This document shows, piece by piece, positions 1 to 10,456 of a DNA stretch of 64,000 nt. Numbering within the stretch: the stretch's first letter is position 1; each line of letters starts with the position of its first letter. The position numbers and the translations under genes are program-made. Origin of the DNA: Acidimicrobiia bacterium (GTDB lineage Bacteria; Actinomycetota; Acidimicrobiia; Acidimicrobiales; Bin134); the NCBI GenBank assembly GCA_022822265.1, contig JAJECA010000061.1, positions 3,711-67,710 of the forward strand. The letters are read 5' to 3'. Under the pieces are notes generated by a model, which was not told the DNA's origin, did not search any database, and saw nothing but the letters and a program-made list of their open reading frames with translations.

Positions 1-624
1 CGGTCGTCCCGAAATCAACGCCACCCGGCGATGGCCCAGGTCCAGCAGGTGGTCGATGGCGGCCCGCATCCCATTGGCATGGTCGGACAAAACGGCCGAA
101 GCCTCATCTGCCCCGCGCACCTGCCGATCGATCAACACCACAGGTTCGGACAGCTTGGCCAGCTCGGCCATCGTGCCCTCCCGCTCTTCGTCGGCCACCG
201 AGAGGATGAGCCCGTCGATTCGCCGCCACCGGAGCAGCCGGATCAAGGCCTCATCCCGCTCCGGGTTTCCCTCAGAGTTGGTCAGCACCATGGAATAGCC
301 CGCCTCGTTCAAGCGGCGCTCGGCACCCATGGCGATCTCGGCGAAGAGCGGATTGGAGATGTCGTTGGCGATGAACCCCACCGTCTTGGTGGAGCCCCTT
401 CTCAGGCTGGAGGCCAAGAGATTCGGCTCATAGCCCACGGCTTCGATGGCGTCAAGCACCTGCTTTCGCATGGACTCGCTCACATCGGAATGGTCGTTCA
501 GAACTCGGGAAACCGACGACAGGGCCACACCCGCATGAGCGGCCACCTCTTTCATGGTGACTTCTTTGACAGGTGTCGGCTTTGCAGTTGCCTCGTTTGT
601 GCCGGCCTCGTCGGGATTGGCCAT
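1..624 (-). CDS. LacI-family transcriptional regulator (partial; C-terminus lies beyond the left window edge)
   Basis: Own translation of the minus strand (absent from the ORF track because it runs off the edge): MANPDEAG..MKEVAAHAGVALSSVSRVLNDHSDVSESMRKQVLDAIEAVGYEPN is a LacI-type HTH, followed by a sugar-binding-fold region. The start is at 624 or at the internal ATG at 555. Confidence 0.85.
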   Translation of the reverse strand, partial: MANPDEAGTNEATAKPTPVKEVTMKEVAAHAGVALSSVSRVLNDHSDVSESMRKQVLDAIEAVGYEPNLLASSLRRGSTKTVGFIANDISNPLFAEIAMGAERRLNEAGYSMVLTNSEGNPERDEALIRLLRWRRIDGLILSVADEEREGTMAELAKLSEPVVLIDRQVRGADEASAVLSDHANGMRAAIDHLLDLGHRRVALISGRP

Positions 625-708
625 CTCCACCCCCCTTCTAAGGCTCGGTAGCGCAAGAGCTTCTTCTCGCCGTATCGACAGTAGCGGGAATGGCATGGTT
701 TGTGTTAC

Positions 709-722
709 TGGAAACGTTGCCA
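709..722. promoter_or_regulatory. LacI-type palindromic operator candidate (TGGAAACGTTGCCA)
   Basis: 14-bp near-palindrome (6 of 7 arm pairs) with a central CG. It lies in the divergent intergenic region between the LacI gene and the enolase-superfamily gene. It shares the 10-mer TGGAAACGTT with the site at 2850-2863. Confidence 0.5.
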
Positions 723-761
723 ATACGCTGACTGACTGGACTAGATGAGGTAGTCAAGATC

Positions 762-1868
762 GTGAAGATCGAGCGCATTGAGGTCATTCCCGTCGTGGTT
801 CCCCTTACGGAGACCTTCATGGGATCGAAGTACTCCATGTCGGAGCGAGCCACCTTGATCACTCGCGTCTACTCCGATGACGGCGCCGTGGGCGAGTGCT
901 ACAACGGAGACGAACCCGACACCCACCACGAGATCGCCCGGATCATCATCGACGAACTCCAGCCGCTCATCATCGGGGAGGACCCGCTGCTGGTGGAGCG
1001 GTGCTGGGAGACCATGCTGCCCCCCACTTTCGACATTCTCCGGAACCGCAAGCTGGTGGTGATGGCGATGGGAGCGGTCGACTCCGCCCTTTGGGACTTG
1101 GCCGGCAAGGTAGCCGGCCTGCCCGTGTACAAGCTGTGGGGCGGCTACCGCACCAGCCTGCCCATCGTGGCCATCGGGGGTTACTACGGCAAGACCGACG
1201 CCCAGTTGGCCGCCGAGATGGAGGACTACCTGGAGATGGGCCTGGGCGGGTGCAAGCTCAAGATCGGCGGGCTATCCCCGGCCGAGGATGCCCACCGGTT
1301 CAAAGTGGCCCAGGCAGCCGCCGGCGACGGCTTCGTATTCACCGTGGATGCCAATCAGGGTTACACCGTGGCTGAGGCAGTGGAGTTCGTCCGCCTGGTC
1401 GGCCCTGAGAACATCCGATGGTTCGAAGAACCGGTGCGCTGGTACAACGACGTGCGGGGAATGCGCGACGTGCGGTTCATGGCCGGAGTGCCGGTGGCCG
1501 CCGGCCAGAGCGAATTCAACCGCCAGGGCATGGGCGAGTTGATGAGCGCCGGGGCAATCGATGTCTGCAACTACGACGCATCCTGGGGGGGCGGGCCCAC
1601 CGAGTGGCGTCGGATCGCGGGAATGGCCCAGGTGTACGGAGTGGAGATGGGCCATCACGAAGAGGCCCAGATCGCGGCCCACATGCTGGCCTCAGTGCCC
1701 CACGGAACCTTTGTCGAGGTGTTCCATCCCACACGAGACCCGCTGTTCTGGGACCTGATTGCCAACCTGCCCCCCATTGCCAATGGGACGTACACAGTGC
1801 CGTCGGGCCCGGGCTGGGGCCTGGAGTTGGACTGGGACTACGTGGAGCACCACCGCGACGACCGGTAG
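762..1868 (+). CDS. Enolase-superfamily (mandelate racemase/muconate lactonizing family) sugar-acid dehydratase
   Basis: 368-aa ORF with a GTG start and GAGG about 11 nt upstream. Motifs: CKLKIGG (KxK), FTVDANQGY, RWFEEPV, AAGQSEF (metal ligands) and GHHEE. Confidence 0.85.
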   Translation: MKIERIEVIPVVVPLTETFMGSKYSMSERATLITRVYSDDGAVGECYNGDEPDTHHEIARIIIDELQPLIIGEDPLLVERCWETMLPPTFDILRNRKLVVMAMGAVDSALWDLAGKVAGLPVYKLWGGYRTSLPIVAIGGYYGKTDAQLAAEMEDYLEMGLGGCKLKIGGLSPAEDAHRFKVAQAAAGDGFVFTVDANQGYTVAEAVEFVRLVGPENIRWFEEPVRWYNDVRGMRDVRFMAGVPVAAGQSEFNRQGMGELMSAGAIDVCNYDASWGGGPTEWRRIAGMAQVYGVEMGHHEEAQIAAHMLASVPHGTFVEVFHPTRDPLFWDLIANLPPIANGTYTVPSGPGWGLELDWDYVEHHRDDR

Positions 1869-1922
1869 CCCGCGCCGCCGAAGAACTCCCCCTCATCCCC
1901 CGCTAGTCCGCCCCGCGTTTAT

Positions 1923-2810
1923 CTAGATCCGATAGATGCGCTCGGCGTTGGCTGAGAACAGCGCCACCTGCTCGTCGGGTGAGAAGTCGGCCACCAGCTC
2001 CACGTAGGCGTCGAGCAGCTCCGCGTAGGTGGAGTACATCCGATCCACCGGCCAGTTGCTGCCGAAGAACGAGCGCTCCACCCCGAAGGCCTCGATGCAG
2101 CCGTACACATAGGGGCGGATGCTGTCCACCGTCCAGTTGCCTCCGGCCATCTGATCGCCCATGCCCAGGCCCGAGATCTTCACCACCGCGTTCTCGGCCT
2201 CGGCCAGTTTGCCCATGCCTTGGCGCCAGTTGGCGAAGTACTCGTCGTTGCGCTCCTGGGGGAACCCGGCGTGGTCGCAGATCAAGATGATGTTGGGAAA
2301 CTTGCGGGCCAGGTCGGCGGCCTTGCCCATGTCCTCCCAGAGCACATCGAGGTCGTAGACCAAGTTGTACTTCTCCAATAGGGCGTAGCCCCGGTGAAAG
2401 GCCGGGTCCACCAGATAGTCGCCCTCGCCGAAGTCGCGCAGACCCCGCATGTTGGAGAACTCGCAGTGGCGTTCGAGGGTTGCCTCCACATCGGATTGCT
2501 GAAGGCGGGCGTCGCCGGTTATGCCGGTGGGCCACCCGGTTTCGTCGGCCATGGCCTGGAGCCACTCGGTCTCATCCACCGGATCGGCCGAGCCGATGGC
2601 CGCTTGGACATGGACGATCTTGGTCACATTCAGTCCTGAGGCGTCGGCTTGAAGATTCTCCACCGTGTAGCTGGTCAAGTCTTTCAACGGGCGAATCGCC
2701 CCTAGCTGCGGATGAATGGCGTCATCGGCCAGCCAGGCCCACTCCAGCTTGGGATGGGGCCGCTCCCAGAAGTGGACGTGTGTGTCAACAAAATCAAGCC
2801 CTTCGGCCAT
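1923..2810 (-). CDS. Amidohydrolase_2-family hydrolase (sugar-lactonase-like)
   Basis: 295 aa. N-terminal FVDTHVHFWE metal motif and ICDHAGFP. GGGAGGA Shine-Dalgarno sequence upstream of the ATG. Sits in the sugar-acid locus. Confidence 0.8.
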   Translation of the reverse strand: MAEGLDFVDTHVHFWERPHPKLEWAWLADDAIHPQLGAIRPLKDLTSYTVENLQADASGLNVTKIVHVQAAIGSADPVDETEWLQAMADETGWPTGITGDARLQQSDVEATLERHCEFSNMRGLRDFGEGDYLVDPAFHRGYALLEKYNLVYDLDVLWEDMGKAADLARKFPNIILICDHAGFPQERNDEYFANWRQGMGKLAEAENAVVKISGLGMGDQMAGGNWTVDSIRPYVYGCIEAFGVERSFFGSNWPVDRMYSTYAELLDAYVELVADFSPDEQVALFSANAERIYRI

Positions 2811-2849
2811 GCTGATTCCTCCCGGATAGTCGATTGGCCGTTACCCTAC

Positions 2850-2863
2850 TAAAAACGTTTCCA
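2850..2863. promoter_or_regulatory. Second LacI-type operator candidate (minus strand TGGAAACGTTTTTA)
   Basis: Contains the same TGGAAACGTT core as 709-718, on the opposite strand. It lies in the divergent intergenic region between the amidohydrolase (start 2810) and the SDR gene (start 2872/2908). Confidence 0.45.
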
Positions 2864-2871
2864 GAAGTTCG

Positions 2872-3654
2872 GTGGAGGACGATGCGAACCACACCACCCC
2901 GCGTGGCATGAACGCTTCCGAGAGGCGGCGGGCGCTGGTCACCGGCGCGGCCAGCGGTATCGGTGCCGGTGCCGCCCGGCGCCTGCTTGACGGAGGGGTG
3001 GACGTGCTCGCCACCGACATCAATCGCTCCGGCCTCGACTCGCTTTCCGAGCTCGGGGCCGAGCCGCTGATCGCCGACCTGTCCGACCTCCGCGATCGAG
3101 ACCGGGTAATCGAGGCAGCCGTCGGAGTGGACTACTTGGTGCAGGCCGCAGGCATCATTCGCCTGCTGCCCATCGAGAAGGTCACCGTTGACGACTGGCG
3201 TGACGTGTTCGCGGTGAACGCCGAGGCGATGTTCTTTTTGTGCCAGGGCATCGGGGCCACCATGCCGGCAGGCGGCGCCATCGTGAACCTCTCCTCTTCC
3301 TCCGCCAAGCTGGCCAACACCACCGAGGCCGCCGTCTATGCCGCCTCCAAATCCGCAGTGCTGTCGATCACCCGGTCGTTCGCCTACTCATTGGCGCCGA
3401 TACCGGTGCGGGTCAACGCCATCTGCCCGGGCATCATCGACACGCCGATGCAGGACGCCGTGCTCGAGCAGGTGTCCGCCATCAGGGGAATGACTCTTGA
3501 TCAGCTATCCGACCTGCGGGAGACATCGGTGCCGCTGGGGCGCGGCGCCAGCCCGGACGAGATTGCCGAGCTGATCTGGTTCCTGCTCTCCGACGGCGCC
3601 GGTTATATGACCGGTCAGGCCGTCAATTTCGACGGAGGGCTGGTTACCTGGTGA
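2872..3654 (+). CDS. Short-chain dehydrogenase/reductase (SDR)
   Basis: ALVTGAASGIGAGAARRL Rossmann motif and YAASKSAV (YxxxK). Start is ambiguous: GTG 2872 or ATG 2908. Confidence 0.85.
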   Translation: MEDDANHTTPRGMNASERRRALVTGAASGIGAGAARRLLDGGVDVLATDINRSGLDSLSELGAEPLIADLSDLRDRDRVIEAAVGVDYLVQAAGIIRLLPIEKVTVDDWRDVFAVNAEAMFFLCQGIGATMPAGGAIVNLSSSSAKLANTTEAAVYAASKSAVLSITRSFAYSLAPIPVRVNAICPGIIDTPMQDAVLEQVSAIRGMTLDQLSDLRETSVPLGRGASPDEIAELIWFLLSDGAGYMTGQAVNFDGGLVTW

Positions 3655-3688
3655 GCAGCGGGAAAACCCAGGACAAAGGAGGCATCTG

Positions 3689-4456
3689 ATGGCATGGAGT
3701 GTGGGAGCAGGGCTGGAGGGCCGTGGTGTCATTGTGACCGGGGCGGCTGGCGGCATGGGCAAACCGGTGGCCGAGGCATTCGCCACCACCGGGGCGCGGG
3801 TCATGGCCGTGGACTTGCATCAGAGCGCGGCCGATGAAGTGGTCGCCGGGCTGGAGGGAACGGGCCACGTGGCCGTCGGCGCCGACCTGTCCGACCTGGA
3901 TGCCCACCAAGAGTTGGTGGACCGCGCTCGACGCGAGCTGGGCGGGGTGTACGCCCTCGCCCATCTGGCCGCCGTGCTGCAACGACGGAACTCCATGGAC
4001 GAGGTGACCGAGCAAGACTGGGACTTTCAGGTTGACACCAACTTGAAGGCCACGTTCTTCTTGTGCCGGACCGCAGCAAACGCCATGCGGAGCGCCGGCG
4101 AAGGCGGCCGCATCATCGCCTTCACCTCCCAGGGCTGGTGGACGGGGGGCTTCGGAGGCTCGGTGGTGTATTGCGCGTCCAAGGGGGGCATCGTCTCGAT
4201 GGTCCGAGGGATGGCACGCACCTACGGTTCTGATCAGATCACCGTGAACGCGGTGTCGCCCGGTCAGATCAACACCCCCATGCTGATGACCGACCTCGAC
4301 CCCGATGTGCTTGAGCAGCTCAGGGTGGCCACACCGCTGGGCCGGGTGGCCGAACCCGAGGAAATGGCCGGAACGGTGGTGTTCCTGGCCAGCCAGCACG
4401 CATCGTTCATCTCCGGCGCCACCATCAACGTGAGCGGCGCCATGTTGATGTACTAG
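3689..4456 (+). CDS. Short-chain dehydrogenase/reductase (SDR)
   Basis: VIVTGAAGGMGKPVAEAF and YCASKGGI. AAGGAGG lies 6 nt upstream of the ATG. Confidence 0.9.
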   Translation: MAWSVGAGLEGRGVIVTGAAGGMGKPVAEAFATTGARVMAVDLHQSAADEVVAGLEGTGHVAVGADLSDLDAHQELVDRARRELGGVYALAHLAAVLQRRNSMDEVTEQDWDFQVDTNLKATFFLCRTAANAMRSAGEGGRIIAFTSQGWWTGGFGGSVVYCASKGGIVSMVRGMARTYGSDQITVNAVSPGQINTPMLMTDLDPDVLEQLRVATPLGRVAEPEEMAGTVVFLASQHASFISGATINVSGAMLMY

Positions 4457-4470
4457 CTGAAAGGGCCAGC

Positions 4471-5601
4471 GTGAGCGACGAACCAACCAACCAATCAGGC
4501 GACAGCCGCCCAGCGCGGAGCATCTCGGGGACGGCATCGGCCCCAGCCACCCACCTGACCTGGTCGAATGCCATCAACAAGCGGGTCCGCACTGGGGACT
4601 GGGCTGACCAGGCGGTTTCCACCACGGCCAAGATCGCCGAGGCCATCGACGGAGGAGACTGGGAAACGGCCGCCCAATTGGTGGACTACTGGATGGAAGA
4701 GTCCAAGGTCGTCCACGTGATCTATCAGGTTTGGGGAGAGGGATGGGGCTCCTTCTTAACCACCGCAGGAGTGGCCCAAGAGGACCTCGATGCCGAGGTT
4801 GTCCGAATCCGGGAACTGCTGGCCTTCCCCGACGGCGAGCCGTTCAATCCCGAGCCGCGATGGACTTCACTGGCTCACCTCGCCGGCGAACTGGGCAACC
4901 GGCTGCGGGCCTACGAGATCGAAGCCACCGAGGCCCACCGCCAACTGGACGAACTGCAAGAGGCCTGGCGACAGCTCCACGACCGAGGCGCCGACTACCA
5001 GTCGGGGATGCTGAGCTTTGTAGCCGACCGCTTGGGCGAGGCCGCGGTGGGCGACGCCTACGCCCACGTGCTGGCCCCTTACCTCAACGAGCGCTACAAG
5101 CCGTTCGACCTGCGCGAGCAGAACTACGAGGACACCCTGTATCGCAACCTCTATCTGTCGTTCGAGGCTATGCGGGCCCATCTGGTGGGACCCGACCGCA
5201 CCGGGGACATGGACGTAACCGAAGACGACGACAAGTTTGTGATCGCGTTCGATCCCTGCGGATCGGGCAATCGGGGTCAGCGCGGCGATCTAGTGGAGGG
5301 AACCGGCTCCCGCTCCGAGCCGCCCTACAACTTCGGGGTCACCACCGAGGAGCACGACTGGGCCTGGAACGAGAAAGGCGTGTGCTACTACTGCGCCCAC
5401 TGCTGCTACACACTCGAACTGTGGCCCGCCCGCCAGTGGGGCCACCCCATTCGGGTGGTGGACTCCCCCCTCTACCCCGAGGAGACATCCGGGCCCGAGC
5501 CGGCCAAATGCACCTGGACCATCTACAAGTCGGTGGAAGCCATACCCGAAGAGGCCTACGTGCGCATCGGCCTCAAAAAGCCTGCCCCAGAAGAGGTTTG
5601 A
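4471..5601 (+). CDS. Hypothetical Cys-rich protein, no family recognised
   Basis: 376-aa ORF with a GTG start, 14 nt after the preceding SDR stop. Protein-like composition. C-terminal cysteine cluster: DPCGSG ... CYYCAHCC ... KCTW. Confidence 0.6.
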   Translation: MSDEPTNQSGDSRPARSISGTASAPATHLTWSNAINKRVRTGDWADQAVSTTAKIAEAIDGGDWETAAQLVDYWMEESKVVHVIYQVWGEGWGSFLTTAGVAQEDLDAEVVRIRELLAFPDGEPFNPEPRWTSLAHLAGELGNRLRAYEIEATEAHRQLDELQEAWRQLHDRGADYQSGMLSFVADRLGEAAVGDAYAHVLAPYLNERYKPFDLREQNYEDTLYRNLYLSFEAMRAHLVGPDRTGDMDVTEDDDKFVIAFDPCGSGNRGQRGDLVEGTGSRSEPPYNFGVTTEEHDWAWNEKGVCYYCAHCCYTLELWPARQWGHPIRVVDSPLYPEETSGPEPAKCTWTIYKSVEAIPEEAYVRIGLKKPAPEEV

Positions 5602-5604
5602 GCG

Positions 5605-7170
<1,566 letters not shown>

Positions 7171-7177
7171 CGAGGGC

Positions 7178-8488
7178 TCATGGCAACTCGGCGTGCCAGT
7201 CCCGGGATTCGATGATCGACCGCAGGTGGTCCAAGAAGGCGGCCACATAGGCCCCGTCGAAGGCCCGATGGTCCCAGGCCAGGGCCAGCACCCCCACCGA
7301 GTGGATGGCTATGGCCTCGCTGCCGTCCTCTGCGGTGACCACCACTGGTCGGCGGCGTATCCCGTCAGTGGACAAAATGGCCACCTGGGGCTGGTTGATT
7401 ATGGGGAACTGCATCATGGTTCCCCACTGGCCGGGATTGGTGATGGTGAAGGTGCCCCCGGATATCTCATTGGCGTTCAGCTTCTTGGCCCGGGCTCGCC
7501 TCGACAGATCGGCCACCTCTTCGGCGATCGCCGTCAGACGCTTGCGGTCGGCGTCCACCACCACCGGGGCCAGCAGCCCTTGGAAGTCGAGGTCGACGGC
7601 GACGGCCAAGTTGACGTAGTTGTGTACCACCAGCTCGTTGTCTCCCACCGAGGCGTTGATGTGGGGATATTCGTGGATGGCGTCGCACACCGCCCGGGCG
7701 ATGAAGGGCAGGTAGGTGAGGCTGAAGCCGTGTTCGGCCTTGAACTCCTCGCGGTTGGCCCGGCGCACTTGCTCGACCCCCTCGAAATCAACTTCCACTG
7801 CGGTCAACACATGGGGCGACACCTGCTTGGAACGCACCATGTGCTCGCCGGTGATGCGGCGTATGTTGCTAAGCGGCACCACCGTGTCCCGCTCGGACGA
7901 TCGAGGCGGGGCCGCCGGTGCGGGCGGCGGCGCAGACGGGGCAGCCGGACCGGCGGCGCGGTTCTGAGCGATATGCGCCTCCACGTCGGAGCGGGTGATG
8001 CGCCCGCCCTTGCCGGTGCCAGAGATCTGCGAGGGGTCTAGCCCGTTCTCGGCGATGAGCCGGCGCACCACCGGAGACAGCACCAGGCCGTCGCCGCCTG
8101 TGGAGAGAGAACTCGGCGCCACCGGCGCCGGTTCTGGGGGCGGAGGGGGCGGGGGCGGAGGCGGCGGGGCTGTTTCTGCGGCCAGCTCAGACCCGGAAGA
8201 CGGCGCTTCGGCTGGGGGCGCGGATGGTTCAGACGCTGGTGGGACAGCCGCGCCGTCCTGGCTCAAGACGGCGATGACCGCGCCCACCTCCACCGTGTCT
8301 CCCTCGGCGGCGACGATCTCCACCAGAACCCCCGACATGGGCGAGGGCACCTCAGAGTCCACCTTGTCGGTGGACACCTCGAAAAGGGGCTCGTCTTCGG
8401 CCACCTCTTCACCCACTTGCTTGAACCACTGGGTGATGGTCCCCTCCACCACCGTCTCACCAAGCTGCGGCATCCTTACCTCAGACAT
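7178..8488 (-). CDS. Dihydrolipoamide acyltransferase (E2) of a 2-oxo-acid dehydrogenase complex
   Basis: Lipoyl domain (EVSTDKVDSEVPSP), Pro/Ala linkers, a subunit-binding domain, and a catalytic DHRAFDG motif. Confidence 0.92.
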   Translation of the reverse strand: MSEVRMPQLGETVVEGTITQWFKQVGEEVAEDEPLFEVSTDKVDSEVPSPMSGVLVEIVAAEGDTVEVGAVIAVLSQDGAAVPPASEPSAPPAEAPSSGSELAAETAPPPPPPPPPPPEPAPVAPSSLSTGGDGLVLSPVVRRLIAENGLDPSQISGTGKGGRITRSDVEAHIAQNRAAGPAAPSAPPPAPAAPPRSSERDTVVPLSNIRRITGEHMVRSKQVSPHVLTAVEVDFEGVEQVRRANREEFKAEHGFSLTYLPFIARAVCDAIHEYPHINASVGDNELVVHNYVNLAVAVDLDFQGLLAPVVVDADRKRLTAIAEEVADLSRRARAKKLNANEISGGTFTITNPGQWGTMMQFPIINQPQVAILSTDGIRRRPVVVTAEDGSEAIAIHSVGVLALAWDHRAFDGAYVAAFLDHLRSIIESRDWHAELP

Positions 8489-8546
8489 CTCGCCCCCCTA
8501 CCTCTTTCTGCCTCTGCACCTCAGACATCGATTCTCCTTCGCCCGA

Positions 8547-9944
8547 TCAGTGCAAGGCCCGGCCGGTGAGCGCCAGCACCGACTCTCCGAACAACTCGCT
8601 CATGGTGGGATGGGGCTGGATGAACTCGGCAACTTCCGGCACGGTGGCTTCCCAGTTCACCGCCAGATAGCCCTGGCCGAGCTGTTCGGTCACCCAGGGA
8701 CCCACCATGTGGACCCCGAGAATGCGCCCGCCGGTCCCATCGCCGTCGCTCTCCGCGATGACCTTGACCAGCCCGTCGGTCTCCCCCACGATCATGGCCC
8801 GCCCGTTGCCCATGAATCGGTGAGCCGAGGTGGCCACCTCGAAACCGGCCTCTTGGGCCGACGCCTCGGTATGGCCCACAAAGGCCACCTCGGGGTGGCA
8901 GTAGATGGCCCAGGGGACATTGCCATAGTCCACCGGCGCGGGCGACTCCCCCAGCAGGTGCTTGACCACCATGATGGCTTCGGCAAATGCCACGTGGGCC
9001 AGCTGCGGGGTGCGGACCACATCGCCCACGGCGTACACCCCCGGTGCGGTGGTCTGGCAGAACTCATCCACCACCACGTAGCCCCCGTCGTCGGTCTCCA
9101 CTCCGGCGGCGTCCAAGCCCAGGCCATCGGTGAACGGACGGCGGCCCACGCACACCACTACCGCGTCCACCGCCAGAGGGTCGGCACTGTCGATATCCAG
9201 TTTTACGCCGTTGCCATTTGGCTTACAGCCGGCCACCGACACCCCGGTTCGAATCTCGATCTTGCGCTTCTTGAACGCCCGAGTCAGCATCTTCACCACG
9301 TCGTCGTCAGCTCCCAGCAGGATTCGGGGCAGCGCCTCCAGCACCGTTACCTCCGATCCCAGATCGGCCAGCATCGAGGCGAACTCCAAGCCGATAGCCC
9401 CGCCTCCGATGATCGCCGCCCGCTCGGGCAATTCGGTGATGGACAGCAGCTCGTCGCTGGTCAGCACCTTCTCGCCGTCGACCTCGAAACCGGGCAGCGT
9501 GCGGGGCACCGACCCGGTGGCCAGGACCACATGGTCGGCGGTCAGCGTCACGTCCCCCGACTCCCCACCCGACACCGTCACCGACCGGTCGGGCCCAAGC
9601 GTGCCCCATCCGTCCACCACGGTGACCTTGCGACCCTCCAGCAGCTTTCCCACGCCCTTGTGGAGCTGATCCACGATCTTCTGCTTACGGGCTTGCGCCG
9701 CCCCCATGTCCACTGAGGGCGATCCCGATGTGATGCCGAATTGATCGGCGTGGGCCACGGTGCGGTACACCGACGCCGTCTCCAGCAGCTCCTTTGCCGG
9801 AATGCAGCCCACATGAAGGCAGGTTCCGCCTAGCTTCTGCTTCTCCACTACCGCGACGTCGAGGCCGGCAGCCGCGCCGTATAGCGCGGCGGCATACCCG
9901 CCGGGTCCGCCGCCCACCACCACCACGTCATGGCTGCTGCTCAT
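8547..9944 (-). CDS. lpdA: Dihydrolipoyl dehydrogenase (E3)
   Basis: VVVVGGGPGGYAAA FAD motif and redox-active GGTCLHVGCIPAK. 465 aa. Confidence 0.95.
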   Translation of the reverse strand: MSSSHDVVVVGGGPGGYAAALYGAAAGLDVAVVEKQKLGGTCLHVGCIPAKELLETASVYRTVAHADQFGITSGSPSVDMGAAQARKQKIVDQLHKGVGKLLEGRKVTVVDGWGTLGPDRSVTVSGGESGDVTLTADHVVLATGSVPRTLPGFEVDGEKVLTSDELLSITELPERAAIIGGGAIGLEFASMLADLGSEVTVLEALPRILLGADDDVVKMLTRAFKKRKIEIRTGVSVAGCKPNGNGVKLDIDSADPLAVDAVVVCVGRRPFTDGLGLDAAGVETDDGGYVVVDEFCQTTAPGVYAVGDVVRTPQLAHVAFAEAIMVVKHLLGESPAPVDYGNVPWAIYCHPEVAFVGHTEASAQEAGFEVATSAHRFMGNGRAMIVGETDGLVKVIAESDGDGTGGRILGVHMVGPWVTEQLGQGYLAVNWEATVPEVAEFIQPHPTMSELFGESVLALTGRALH

Positions 9945-10083
9945 GGCATTCAGCCTATAGGGGACCTATGGGGAACCCGGTCAACGCAGGATGAGCACAG
10001 CCTGAACGGCGAACGCCACCAAAATGGCCACCCCGCACAAGAGCGCCAGAAGGATCAACCGGCGGGTGCTCACCGCAGCAGGC

Positions 10084-10386
10084 TCAGCGAGGGCTGCGCC
10101 GCCGGCGACCCATGTACCAGCTGGCGATCTCGGCGCAGACCACGCTCAGCGCAATGGTGATCAACAGCAGCAGGAACAGCGGCAGATCCCAGTCCCATCC
10201 CAGGAAGTTGACCCGAACATCATCGGTGTTCTGCGCAATGAACACGATCAGCGCCACGGCGGCCAGCGCACCCAGCACCATCCGGGCGTTGATCTGTCGG
10301 AGCAAATCGGTAAACGACCGGGATTTCGGTTCGGCACCCTCAGTGCCCTGGTGATCGAACGGGGGTCTCGGCTCGGACTCGGACAT
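10084..10386 (-). CDS. Small membrane protein, LapA-domain-like (DUF1049-like)
   Basis: 100 aa with two hydrophobic helices flanking NTDDVRVNFLGWDWDLPL, a pattern typical of the LapA domain. Confidence 0.55.
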   Translation of the reverse strand: MSESEPRPPFDHQGTEGAEPKSRSFTDLLRQINARMVLGALAAVALIVFIAQNTDDVRVNFLGWDWDLPLFLLLLITIALSVVCAEIASWYMGRRRRSPR

Positions 10387-10456
10387 GGGTCCACGCTACC
10401 CGCGACCGGCTATTGGAGGAGGCCCGTTCATGTGTGCCAATCCATACACTGGAGTC

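Noticed and set aside
8135-8167. Proline-codon runs (E2 linker [11 protein letters not shown]; also FtsH N-terminus at 54709-54735) as possible tandem DNA repeats
   Set aside because: These are in-frame low-complexity linker or extension segments of clearly functional proteins, not independent repeat elements.
7995-9716. 573-aa plus-strand ORF spanning the E2 and lpdA region
   Set aside because: This is a shadow ORF antisense to two strongly motif-supported genes (E2, lpdA). Its Gly/Arg/Pro/Ala-rich, low-complexity translation is typical of open antisense frames in high-G+C DNA.
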